From contig NC_133617.1 in the NCBI RefSeq assembly GCF_048593235.1, positions 16,497,607 to 16,561,606 on the forward strand: 64,000 nucleotides of DNA, given 5' to 3'. The stretch is from Sminthopsis crassicaudata. Taxonomy: Eukaryota. A program made the position numbers and the translations under genes. Under the pieces are notes generated by a model that searched no databases, had not been told where the DNA came from, and saw nothing but the letters and a program-made list of their open reading frames with translations. Below are positions 1 through 12,900 of the stretch, one piece after another (position 1 is the stretch's first letter; the number at the start of each line of letters is the position of its first letter).

Positions 1-185
1 AATATTATTTCATTTGATCCTCACAACTTTAGAATGTGGATACCAGTATTATCCCTATTTGACAGTAGAGGAAACTGAGACAGAGGTTAAGTGAGTTGTT
101 CAGAATTGCAGAACTGGTAAGCGGTTGAAGCTGGATTTAAACACAGGTTTTCCTAACATAGTAAGTCTAATACTTTATCTATTGT
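1..185 (-). mobile_element. MIR/CORE-SINE remnant
   Basis: gaggaaactgagacagaggttaagtgag...gctggatttaaacacagg. Confidence 0.7.
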
Positions 186-3099
186 ATTACTCAATGCCTC
201 TAGGCAGACAACACAAAAACTGTAGCAGCAAAGATTGGAAATGGATTAATTTTTATTGATAAAATAAATGAAACACTCATTCGAGATCTTGTGAAATAAA
301 TAGTTATCAAAAAAAATTCAACTGAGCTTGTAAGAGGTGGGCATCTTAATCAGGCCATAAAACATGTCCCCATTAAAGGAAGGATTAATTCTGAATAAAC
401 ATTTTAATATACTAAAAAGCAGAACTATTCCAGAACTACAGAAATTTCCAAATAAAAATGAAATACTACAACAAGGCCTTTTGTCATGGCAAATGTCATA
501 AAAAGTTAAGAAACTTATCTGATGGAGATAAACATGCTTCAATGGCTTGGGATATCACTAGATTTAAAACTTTATGAATTATAATTAAGTTTTTATTATA
601 CCAAGTACTACACTAAGCAGTAGGTATCCAAATACAAGAAAGGAAACAATCCCTAATCTCAAGAAGCTTAAATTCTAAAAGTAGCACATAACACTATGTT
701 ATCAAAGGTGATGTACTTTGAAGAGGTGGCCAGGTTAAGGAATTTTAACTGGGGAATAATAGGGATAGTAAACTGATCCAAGGATCAGTCAACTAAAATA
801 CCCATCCCAGAAACAAACAATGGTAACACTGACTGATCTCTGTATCCAAGGGAAAAAGTAAATAATTGGAGGGGGTATACGAGTAGAGGGCAGAATGCCT
901 CAAACATTGATGCCAAGATACCCTGAATGAATGGATAAATGGAAAAAGAATGTTCTGCTGAGAGCTGGTTAGATAAAGTGGACCAGATGAGTTTATACTC
1001 TCTCACCAGGGTAAAAGTTGCAAGACTGAGTCAATTAACCTTCTTAGGTACTTGAGGAGAAAAGGAGAAAGGGGAAAAAATGGATGCTGCCAGGCAAATA
1101 ACAAAATGGCTTAGATATGTGGCCAAAAAGGATGTGAATGAAGTTAAAGAGGTCTCATCTTCCAGCTTCTGGGAATGAAGGATTGCAGTTGGTTCTAAGA
1201 GTGAATTAAGACTCTTGGAGATCTAATCACCAGATATTTATTAACTAAATGTCCAGTCTAAGCTCTCTCCTGCTTCCAGATTGTTCAGGTTACCATTCTC
1301 CCAGTTATCTGGTCCTTAACTCTGATATTACCTTTAATTCTTCCTGTTGTCACATATAGAACCAAAAGGGTGTCAAATCTTGTCAATTTGAGCCCCATAA
1401 TTCTCTTCTTTGCCCTTCTTTCTTTCACAGTCACTTTAACTCAGACCTACATCAATTCTCACTAAATTTCTCAAACTACTTTCCCAGCTCTTCTCTTTTT
1501 ACAGTCTTCTCTCCTACAGCTATTGAAATAATCCTCCTAAAAGGACACGTTGACCATATAGCTATTCAGCTCAAAAATCATCCTGAACTCTGTAACACCT
1601 TTAGTTGTACCATGTGCAAACTATGCAGAGGTTAGCTATGTGAACTCTCCACCTACTTTTCCAGCCTTACTTCATAATTTCCCCATGTATAAATGACAAA
1701 TTCTAGCTAACCAGAACTAGTTGACTGAATTAGAAATTTTCTCTCATCTCCATGTATTCATCATGCATCCATGGAACTGGTACTTCTTCCTGACCTGATC
1801 TCTCAGAATACTTTTTAATCTTTCCATGTGTAGCTCAAGTTAAGAGCTGGACCAACATAAGATTTCATTAGACTTTCTATTCTTTGTTCCCTTTAATCCT
1901 GTAAATCCTATATTTATATCTAGCTTTTTTGATCTTCTAATAAATAATAATTTTTTTTTATTTCTTTATCTAGTGTTAATCAAGGTATATTACCTTCCCT
2001 CGGGCTTAACAACGAGATCTATGGCTAGGACAATAAGGGAACCTTATAGTATATATGTGATTTACCCAAAATCAGAAGTAATTAATGGCAAACCTACCAG
2101 AACACCAGAACTTCTCAGCTGACATTCAGGGATCTTTATGTTATTTTTCACATAACTTATAATTCATATGCCAGTGTTTGCCAATAGGTAATAAAATTAG
2201 AAGGAAAAAAACATATTTTAAAAAGAAAAACACTTTTACTTGTTTTTATAGCCTTGTACAAATTCTCAGCTAATATTTATACCACGGACTTAAATCGTAT
2301 TTTTTATTGAATTACTTTGATTTCTATTCACTTTTGCAATTACAGAAGAATCCTTTAAACTAGGATAGGGAATAAAAACAAAATTGAAACAATTATTAAT
2401 TATTCTTTCCTGCTGTAACAGTAATATACTACTCAGTTTTTAGAAATAGGATACCAAGTGAATTTTAAACCAGTTTCTAACCATTTGAGATAAATGGAGG
2501 TAAATTAGAGCGACATGATTAAAAGTGTTGGCATATATTTACTGCCAACTTTCAAGAAATTTCCAGTTGCTGTTGCTCCTATAATTCTTGAATATTGATA
2601 ATTTTTGGTTCACATCTAATGATTTTTCCTGTGCAGCAAATTCATGGTATGACATTCTCCCCAAAGATGCTGAGATAACAGAGAAATTGTGACCCTAAAA
2701 GGGTAAGTGACTTCCACACTGTCAATATGCATCAAAGAGAACTTGAACCCTGCTCTTCTAATCTTTTAAGCTGAAACAAATTAAAGCAGCATTGTGTCTG
2801 GCCAGTCAAACTATCTCTATGACCCTTATCACCCTATCCTTCCCCAACCCTTAATGAGGAGAAAAAAAGTCCAGAACCCAGAGAATCACAGTATTCCTCC
2901 TCCCAAAACACTAGGACCTCCTTCCAATCTGGGTCCCACAGCCTTTAACAAGAGAAATCATCATGTAAAAAGGGCACAAACATTCCAACCACCAACACCA
3001 ATCATGGTTAATGGATAGATAAAGCTCAAGAAACTTAGGTAATGCTTACCAAACCACCAGATGTCCACCCTCACACAATTATCCAGGAAAGCTACCTTT

Positions 3100-3240
3100 A
3101 TGGAAGTGCAACCTATAACAGTCACAGTACTGGCAACCCAGAAAAGAAAAGTTCTTGCTACTGAAGTCCTTGGCACTATTAAATGGTTCAACATCAAAAA
3201 AGAGATATGATTTTATCAATGGAAATAACACTGAAGACAC
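3100..3240 (+). pseudogene. Processed pseudogene fragment of a Y-box cold-shock-domain gene, closest to YBX3
   Basis: Reads KVLATEVLGTIKWFNIKK then, after a +1 frameshift, YDFINGNNTED; compare YBX3 [31 protein letters not shown]. No introns where the parent gene has them. Confidence 0.85.
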
Positions 3241-3977
3241 AATACTAATTGCTTTGCTGCTATACTCTAAAGACTCTGGACTTTGCCATCTGACTTGACA
3301 CTGAAAGCTCCTCAAGACAGTCTTCCTCTATAAAAATGCAAATCCCTTGAAAATTTACACTTCTTGTTTTTCTACTCATATCCCCAGTGTTTATTACATA
3401 TAGTAAGTGATTAATAAATGCCAGCCACTCATTCTATCATGCTGCCTCTCATAAAAAAAAATTTAAAAAAAAAAAAAAACCTAAGTATTTACAAAGTTTA
3501 CAAAGCATTTTTCATAATTACTTCAACTGAACTTTCACAATTATCCCAGCAGCACCATTTTACAGATGAGGTTAAGTGAAACCCAGAAGTTAAGGTAACC
3601 AGCTCATGATCATAGCTAATGAAATGTCAGGGGAAGGATATGAACCAGGCTTCTGCTGATTCTATCTAATAATCTTGCTACTATATTATGCTGCCTCTCA
3701 AGATAATAAAATAAGTTGATACTAAAACTAGACCAAATTAAAGTTAAATTCAGTTTGTCTTTGTTGCTTTAGAAGGAATTTCCGGGGTTTTTCCCAGTGT
3801 CTTGAAATTATTGTGAATAGCTACTGCCACCATGTTAAACAGTGTAAATCACAACAAAACCTAAATTTGCATGTTTTTCTAGACTTAGGAAAAAATGATT
3901 GAGAATTCAAGTTTAATGACATAGAACCTAACAGATGAACAAATACCCTACAGGTGATAAAAAGAAAGAATACTCAC

Positions 3978-4103
3978 CAAAGAGTTGGGAAGGATTTGCA
4001 TTTGTAGCCTTTTCATAATTAGTAAGACCTTCATAAATAACTTTCCCCACTGCTGCATACAAGCATTCAAGCTCTTCATATTTTGAAGCCACACTTGAAG
4101 TAC
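3978..4103 (-). CDS. TRRAP: TRRAP exon ~46 ([11 protein letters not shown]...PSQLF)
   Basis: 126 nt, cag / gtgagt; last exon found before the left window edge. Confidence 0.96.
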
Positions 4104-7100
4104 CTGAAATAAGAGTTTAAAATCCCACTACACATATCTAAAGTTGCATATACATATATGAATTTACCAATAATAAATGCATTCATGACAGTGAATGAAG
4201 GTATTGAGAATGAGCAACAAGGCCCTTTTGGAACAAATTTTTTTTTTTTTTTTTTTTTTGTGGATAAAGTAATTTCTACCCACTGCATCCCAATTGTCCT
4301 CACATGTTTCTATATTATTCGTCCAAATGAGTTACTCTGATCTCACTGATTTTCCCATTACACTGTGTTCTAAATAAATTTATTCAATAACATCAGAACT
4401 CATTCTTGTTAACTGTGCAACATTAGATAGAATACTTTTTACACTTAATTTCCCTTTCATGTCTTAATAAAACAGTAATGTTCAACGAATGAATAATTGC
4501 ACTTCCAAAGCAGAAAAAAATATAACAGCAAAAGACATTAAGTTTATAGCAGACATTTCTTAAGTCAAAGCAATGACTGCCATAGGTTATTAAGTTTTTA
4601 TGTCTAAAGATAATGATGTATTCCACATGATTACTTATTTCAACTTTTCTTATAAGGGTGGAAAGTACAAACTAAAATGGAATAATAAAATACAAAATAC
4701 ATAAAACAGAAGATTAGCACACTGGAAAAACATGCTTCCCCTTCCCCTTTTACTTAATCACTTTAATTGGTGTGGTGATAAAAGAAAAACATTGAAGAAA
4801 ATTATCATACTTGGTTCTGTGGGGAAAATGCTCATTAGGCGTGAGAGAAGGCTATGAACCGCTCGCAAAACTTTGGTATTTCCACATGTCATACAAGCAG
4901 CTACCCCTCGCTGCAAAGGTTTAAAGCTACTGAGAATTGCTGGAGACTGAAGGACAGTTAGCAGGAAACTTAAGACTTCCAAACCGGTGCAAATATTTGC
5001 AAAGTTAGCTTGGTTAGGTTGTTCCTAAAAAAGGAGAAAAAAATGAACAAACTTAAAAGAAAAATGTTAAAAGAAAAATACAAGACTATAGAAAGCAAAG
5101 CTTTAATATGACAACAATGCATTTAGTCACAAAAACATGTTCTCACATCAGATAATTATTGCTACCTAAAAGTGACAGACACCATGATAATGAAGCTTAA
5201 TATAGAACTATTTTTAAAAATTTTAAAGATAAAAATAATTTAATATTAATTTTATTTTTTAAGTCTTTTATAAATTTTTAATATACACTGCTTTATGAAT
5301 CACATTGGAAGAGAAAAATCAGAGCAAAAGGGAAAAATCATAGGTGAGATTAAAAAACAAAGAAAAGAAATGAACATAGATTTACATTCAGCTGCATAGT
5401 TCTTTTTCTGGATGGCATTTTCTGTCCAAAGTCTATTGGGATTGCTTTGGATCACTGTACCACAAAGAATCAAGTCTTTCATGGTTGACCATGACATATT
5501 CTTGCTATTATTGTGTACAATGTATTTCTGATTCTGCTTTTTCACTTAACATTAATTCATGTAAATGCTTCCAAACCTTTCTAAGTTTATTCATTTTTTA
5601 CAGAGCAATAATATTCCATTATCTTCATATACCATTACTTGTTCAGCCATTCCCCAATTGATGGGCAGCTACTCTTTTTCTAATTCTTTTCTATTTATAT
5701 AATTTTATATAATTTAAATAATTTTCTAATTCTTTGCTACCGCAAAAACAGCTGCTACATTTTTGTACATGTGAGTCCTTTCCCCTCCTTTATAATTTCC
5801 TTGGGCCCAGTTATTGTACTGCTGGGTCACAGGGTATGCACAATTTGACAGCCTTTTGGATATAGTTCCAAACTGCTTTCCAGAATGGTTGGATCATTTC
5901 ACAAGTCCAGCAACAATATATCAAAGTCCCAGTTTTCCCACATCCCTTCCAACATTTTCATAATCTTTTTCTGTCATCTTAGCCAATCTGAGAAGTGTGA
6001 GGTGCTACCTCAGTTATTTTAATTTGCATTTCTCTAATCAATAGTGTTTTTTAGAGCATTTTTTCATAAGACTTTTGATGGCTTTAATTTCATTATCTGA
6101 AAATTGTCTGTTCATATACCCTTTAACCATTTATCAATTGGGGAATGACTTTTATAACATTAGAATTCTATAATTTCTGAATTAGGAATTCCCTCCTTCC
6201 TTTTCCCTTCCTTAAAAAGGTAAGCAATTTGATATTATAAATATAATTATGCAAAATATGTTTATATATTAGTCATGATGCAAATGAGAAGACCAAAAAA
6301 AAAAAACAAAAACAATGAAAAAACCCAAGAAAAATAAAATTTAAAAAAGTATGATTTGACCTGCATTCATCTGTTTTTTCTTAGATGGATAGCATTAGAA
6401 TTGTTATATAAGTATCTTGCTGAAAAAAAAGCTGAATAATTCAACTATTGATCATCATACATATAATATTGCTGTTACTATGCACAATGATCTTTTGGCT
6501 CTGTTCACTTTACTTTTAATTAGTTCATATGAGCCTTTCCAAGCTTTTTCTGAAATCAGTCTGATGAGCTTTAAGTTATGAATATATTTACCAGGGATGC
6601 AGTAGCTACCTTCCCCAGGAAAAGAGATGCATCAATTAACATAAAGGCTTTCCAACAAAACAGGAGGAAAGAAATCCTCAGACAAGTGAAAAAGGAAATA
6701 ATATACTCAAAACAAATTATGTGCTGCAGACTTACAGGATCTGTATATGAGGTATGAAATTTTGTAGCCATTCAAAAAAGTCAGTGGTTTTAGCTCAAAC
6801 ATGACATCAAGCTTCCACAATAGATTTTGTAACTTAAATACAGAAAACCTTCAAATACCATCAAAACTTAGAACAAAATGATGGTTTAAAAAAAAATTGG
6901 ATAAATTTACAGCATCATTTTTGCAGAAAAAAATTCTAGGATCATAAGTTGGGTAAATTGAACAACTGAATGCCTCAGGGATATGTTACAGTGACTTCTG
7001 CTTTTGATCTGATGATACACCAAAAGATGATCACCAAGGTTAAGTTCATAATTCTTTATCAGCCATTAAAATGTCTATATAAAAATTGAGGTTCATTTAT

Positions 7101-8458
7101 TTTTTTTAATGGTACTATATCAATTAAAGGTTGATTTATTTTTTTTAGTATTAGTTACTACATTAACTAAAACTTTAGACCAGATCAAATGATGTCTTAT
7201 GTTATAAAGTATATTTGTAAAATGTGAAAGAATATCTCAGTTTTCAAAGTTTCTACATAATTACTATTAAGCACTATTTTCTTAGTGAAACTGCTCTCTC
7301 ATGATCAGCCAACCTGACAAAAGAGAACTTAAGACCATTAATCTGCCATTTCTAAACTTCATGAGGAGCAGAAAGAGCCATTTCTAGCCACAAGTTTGGC
7401 AATTGCAAATCAGAATTATCACTTTTTATAGTTATTTACAATAGCTGGAAGTGCCATGGTCCTCATTTGAGAAACAAAATTGTAGAGCATAATAAATGCT
7501 TGTGTTAAGATTCCTTCATTTGTCTTAAATGACTTGTGAACCTACCACAGTCATCAGAAGCTTATCAAACCATTGCAGTTTGAGTTCTGATTTTGGCCAC
7601 ATATCTGGTCGTAAAGCAGTCTTTAGAAGATTAACACAACGTCGTGATAACAACTCTCCAGGAGATCCCGCAGTATTGGAGTTGTCATTAACCTAAAAAT
7701 TCAAAATAATGAAATTTTAATTAAATTAATATAATATATTTCATTATTAATACTAAAAAATTATAATCGATTTTTATTCTATTTCCAACATATTCCAATT
7801 TAGGCTATTGACTTTTCATTACTATAAAGCTAATTCTATTACAAGTAACCAAAGACCTTTAAATATTTACTTACATTACAAAAATACATGCAAATATATA
7901 CCAAATATGCAAATAGGTTCTCTAAAAAAATTCTGATAAAGATGTTTGATATTTTTAATGTCTAGAAAGTAGCTTCTAAAACTGGACCTATTAAACTAAA
8001 AATTTTAGTTTAACACTGTATCTATGCATAGGTGTATACACATATACTACAAATGGGAGAATACTAAATAACATTTGTCTCAAAGATTAATGTCAAAAAT
8101 TTACAATCATACCTGACAAGCAATTCTAATCAAAAAGTTCACCACTGTATCTGTATGTTGCTTATCAATAGGCTTAGCAAGTAAAGCATCAGCCCCAGGC
8201 AATGACTGACTCCTTCCAAAAACCTAAAAATAAATAGGGAACAAAATTAAATCATATTATATAATTATTAAAAAACTACATAAAGGTATACTTCAATCTT
8301 TGGATTCTTCTCAATGTAAACTCCTCTAACATTCCACCAATCTAGTCAAAGGTAGCATTCTGATAGAATTCATAAAGAAACATTAAGCTAAATAAGAGGA
8401 AGGGGTAAGAAATAAAAATCTTTATTCAATCTAATTCTGTCCTATTTTTCTGCCACAC

Positions 8459-8526
<68 letters not shown>

Positions 8527-9893
8527 CATGTGTACATAAAGACAAATTATACAACAGATAATATTATAAATAAAATCTATCCCAAACATAATATATTCTA
8601 AATTCCAAAGCAAATTTTTTCATTATAACTATACAAAGTACCTAACAATGTCATTCAGAGAACTATCACAATGCTTTATGAAAATATTAAATAAACCAAG
8701 AAAGCTTCAACTTTAATAGGAATTGAGGAAAGAGCATAATTTAATACCCCAAAAAAAGTCCCCAAAGAAATAAACATGAGTCAAATTTTATGTACTGATG
8801 TCTATGAAGAGCATGACTCTCACAAGAAGGGACAGCACCAATAAAGGAAAAACTTAAGCAACTGTTGATGGTGCCCATTAGGAGTTACAGAAGACAATTT
8901 CTTACTGCACTCATTGCTCCAGTGGCAGTCCTAAATCGCTTCACCTCTTGGCCAGAATCAACTGACAGTCCTCTTTTAATAGCAGATGAGGCACAACTGG
9001 CACCTTCTCCACTTGAATTTGGATCCATATCAGAATCCGGCTAAAATAAGAGACAAAATTAAAGTTTATGATTTCTAAGGATAAGTATTAAAAAAAAAAA
9101 AAAAAAAAAAAAAGCCAGAGGGAATAGAAAATTATTATAATTCCTACCTGCTGATCCTTAATCCTTTGCAATTCCCACTTAATGACAACCTCTGCCAGAT
9201 CCACAGCCAATTTTCTTTGTTCTATGGTAACACTGGGAGTGAAGCCTAATCTCTGCATGGCACTCACCATATGCTGTACCAAATGGTGCCTCACTGGGTA
9301 ATAAACCTATGGAAAGTTTCCAAAGTTAATAAAGACACATTTAATCCCAAACTTTACAAAACATAGCAACCATTTGATTCTTTTCAGAGAATTTTACAAT
9401 GACTTACATTAAGAATCTTCTTTCTGTATTTAATATAAAATCAGTCTTAAATGACTAAATTAGGATAAAAGTAAAAGCTTCTTTAAAAAAAAAAAAAATC
9501 TGTTACAATGACTTACATAAGAATCTTCTTTCTGTATTTAATATAAAATCAGTCCTAAATGACTAAATTAGGATAAAAGTAAAAGCTTCTTTAAAAAAAA
9601 AAAAAAAAATCTGTTTTAACTATTCATTTAAAATTGGGGAATATTCTTCACAAAGAAGGAGGCTTTTTTAAAATGTTTTTCATGTTCCATGCTACCAGGG
9701 AATTGCATATGTTCTAAAGAGGCTTACATTGATACTCATTAAACTGGGATGTATTTTTTACTCCAATATCAAGAAGGTTCAGAAACTAAAATATTTTTAG
9801 GTATGTAATTCCCCTCAATTCAAGTATCTTTGGGAGTATAGTTTAACTGTGATCAAGGTTCAAAGAATGAAATATTTAACAAAGCCCTGAGAG

Positions 9894-9965
<72 letters not shown>

Positions 9966-12900
9966 AACACTAGAATAAGTGATTATCATCAATATAATCC
10001 CTCTTAAAATTAAAGTGGAACTCCTTTCAGGAGTTTGCATAGAGCTACAAAAAACATTCACCATTTTGATTTGAGTTCTACTTGAAAAAGCAATAAAATC
10101 CTGCATTTTAAGGCCAAATAAGAAACTACTGAGTAGAGTATTTACTCATTATCTTACTATATATATATATATATTGATTTTAGGCAAAAAGAAAAATATA
10201 AAAAAGGATCTAAGGCACCCTTAAGCAGTTTAATGTCCCATTGAGAGAGGGAACCAAAACATTCATAAATCTATTATTTATATGGTGCTAACTTTACTAA
10301 AATGACCATAATGCTATTACCAAAAAGGAAAAGACAGTCAAAAACTGACAGCATAATGTAGAAAACCAAATTACGTACCTTAAAATGCTGAACTATCAAA
10401 TGCAAAATGTGGACTAGCTGGGGAACTGTATGACCTTCCTCTACAATGATTTTTCTAGTCCAATGAGTCAGCATTTGATGTCCATCTTCCATTCGAGCAG
10501 GGACTGCTGGAGTCAAAATAGCCATTGCTTGTCTGACAATTGCACGAGCCTCCATTGCATGAGCTTTTAGCAAACTATGAAAAACCTAACATAGGGGATT
10601 CTTGTTAAGATTTGAAAAAAAAAATTTTTTAAATAGCAATAATACCGAATTAGGACTAAAACGAACCTGATCTTCAAAAAAAAGTTTCACATATTCATTT
10701 AAATTTGAGGAAAATACTTTTCATATATATAGAAATCAATTTTTAAAATGTTTTTAATGATTCATGCTATCGGTGAATTATGTTCTAAAGTACATATAAA
10801 AAGATTTTACCACTGATACTCATATTTCACTAGTAGAAAGGATGGGTTTGGAGTTGAACCACCAATATTCCTTAACTACAATCCCTATGTTAACAAGTGT
10901 TATGTATTTACAAGATGTGTTTTGAATCCAATTTTTGACTGTAATAGAAAATAAATCTAATTCATGGATCAGCTTTACACCAAGGTCTCAATGGCATCAT
11001 ACTCAAAGGTAGGAGGGATGGGTTTAATTTGTGCTTATGTATTATGAACCCCTCTGGCATTGTGAAAAAAAGATAGACTCCTTTTCTGACGAACATTTTA
11101 TATGTATAAACAAAAACACATGTATAATGAAAACTAGTCATATTGAAATCAAATTATCAAAATTTTTTATAGAAGTTCATGAACTCTAGGCAAACAGCTC
11201 TTATTCGGAGCTAATTCCAACTAAAGGAAAAAGCAATAAATGAAATATGACTTGTGCTCCAGAAAAGAAGAGAATACAAATATTAAATAAGATAGTCAAC
11301 AAAGCAGTAAAATACACTTCAGAGAAGTGACTTAAACTAACCATAAGGAGGGGGAGAAAACAACTTAAGGTACCTGGAGGACAATTTTTTTGTGTATGGC
11401 AAATTTAGCAATGATGTGCGCCAGGAGTAAGTGACCACTGTATTTACATGCAGGGTCTACACACGCCTTAGATAGCAGACAGGGCCAAGCAAAAGTCATC
11501 AATCGACGCAGTTTGCTATTCCGGTTTTTGTTATTGTCATGGATATGATGTGGCGCATGTTCCACAAGAAGTGTGGCAAACTGTAAAAGGTAAATCCTGA
11601 GGGAATCCAACATGTCAGTCTGTTTCTCTGGGTCAAGCACCTAGCCACAGAAAGGAAAGAAAAATGTAATTATTTGTATAATTATGTAGACTTTTCTGCA
11701 AAATATGCTGTATTAATAAACTTAAACCTAAAGCACATAATATTATAAAGTTGAAAAATAGGAAAATAATTTGATACATCGTTATTTTTTCCTTAGTAGA
11801 ATAGAACTACTTTCTTTTAACTTTTTTTAAAGTGCTAAACATTCATACCTGTCCAGACAAAGATGATAAATGTACAATTTGTACAAATTAGTTACCAAGT
11901 ATATGTTTCAGAATCAAAGACAAAAATGCTTTAGTACAAGCCAAAAGACAAATTAAACTATTTTTTAAAAAACTGACCAGCATAACTGATCTTCACTTTG
12001 TGCTTAGGTTTATTTAAACTATAGTCAGAAATCATTCTGCAAAATATTTTGAATCCAAAATAAAATTTAATACAGAAATACCCCTGTAAAAGAATGTAAG
12101 ATAGCCACTCCAAGACAGAAATATCTTTTCTTTTTTTTTTTTTTTTTTTTTTTTTTTTGGCTAAGGCAATTGGGGGTCAAGTGACTTGTCCAGGGTCACT
12201 CAGATAGGAAGTGTTAAGTGGGTGAGATCAGATTTGAACTCAGGTCCTCCTGACTTCAGGATTGGTGCTCTATCCACTGCGCCACCTAACTGCCCTTAAT
12301 ACCTTTTTCTTTTTTTTTTTTTGATTCAATAAAATTATAGCCAAAACAACGTTTCTTTCCCTCTGACCAAGAAAACTGACTGTATTGGGAATTCAGTAAT
12401 ACAGATTAAGAAGTTGGCAAATTCTGTCAGGACATAAACAAGACACTATTTTCAGGCCTTGCTGCCCACTCTTTTACAGAAAGGAATTGAGCAAAATTAA
12501 CTAAAGTATAAGAATTTCAAAGCTAAGCTATATAGTATTAATTAACTATCAGAATCCCTTCTTTCTGGATTGACTAGAATGAGTGAACCAAGTCTCTGCC
12601 ACTACTGTCAAGATACTGTATAAAACAGTATCTGTATAATACATAAAAAATGTAAAACCTAAAGTGTTGCTACATCAGTATTTTAAAACAAAACTATGCT
12701 TAGAATACTTTTTAAAAAATGCATTTTTAACAGCCCTCCTCTATATGACAATAATTCATTAAGAAAATTACCACCTTGGTAATAAAAACACTGGTAATGC
12801 TTTCTGGATTATCTCCTTCTGGATTAGGTGGTCCCAAAAGCTGTTCTCCTTCAGCTTTCTCAAAACTATACAAGAAAGCAGGATTCAGAATATGTTGTAG

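Noticed and set aside
310-580. Protein-like stretches (ELVRGGHLNQAIKHVP; AFCHGKCHKKLRNLSDGDKHASMAWDI) suggesting a transposase or pseudogene remnant
   Set aside because: Multiple stops and no motif I can assign to a named family; would need TBLASTX or Dfam.
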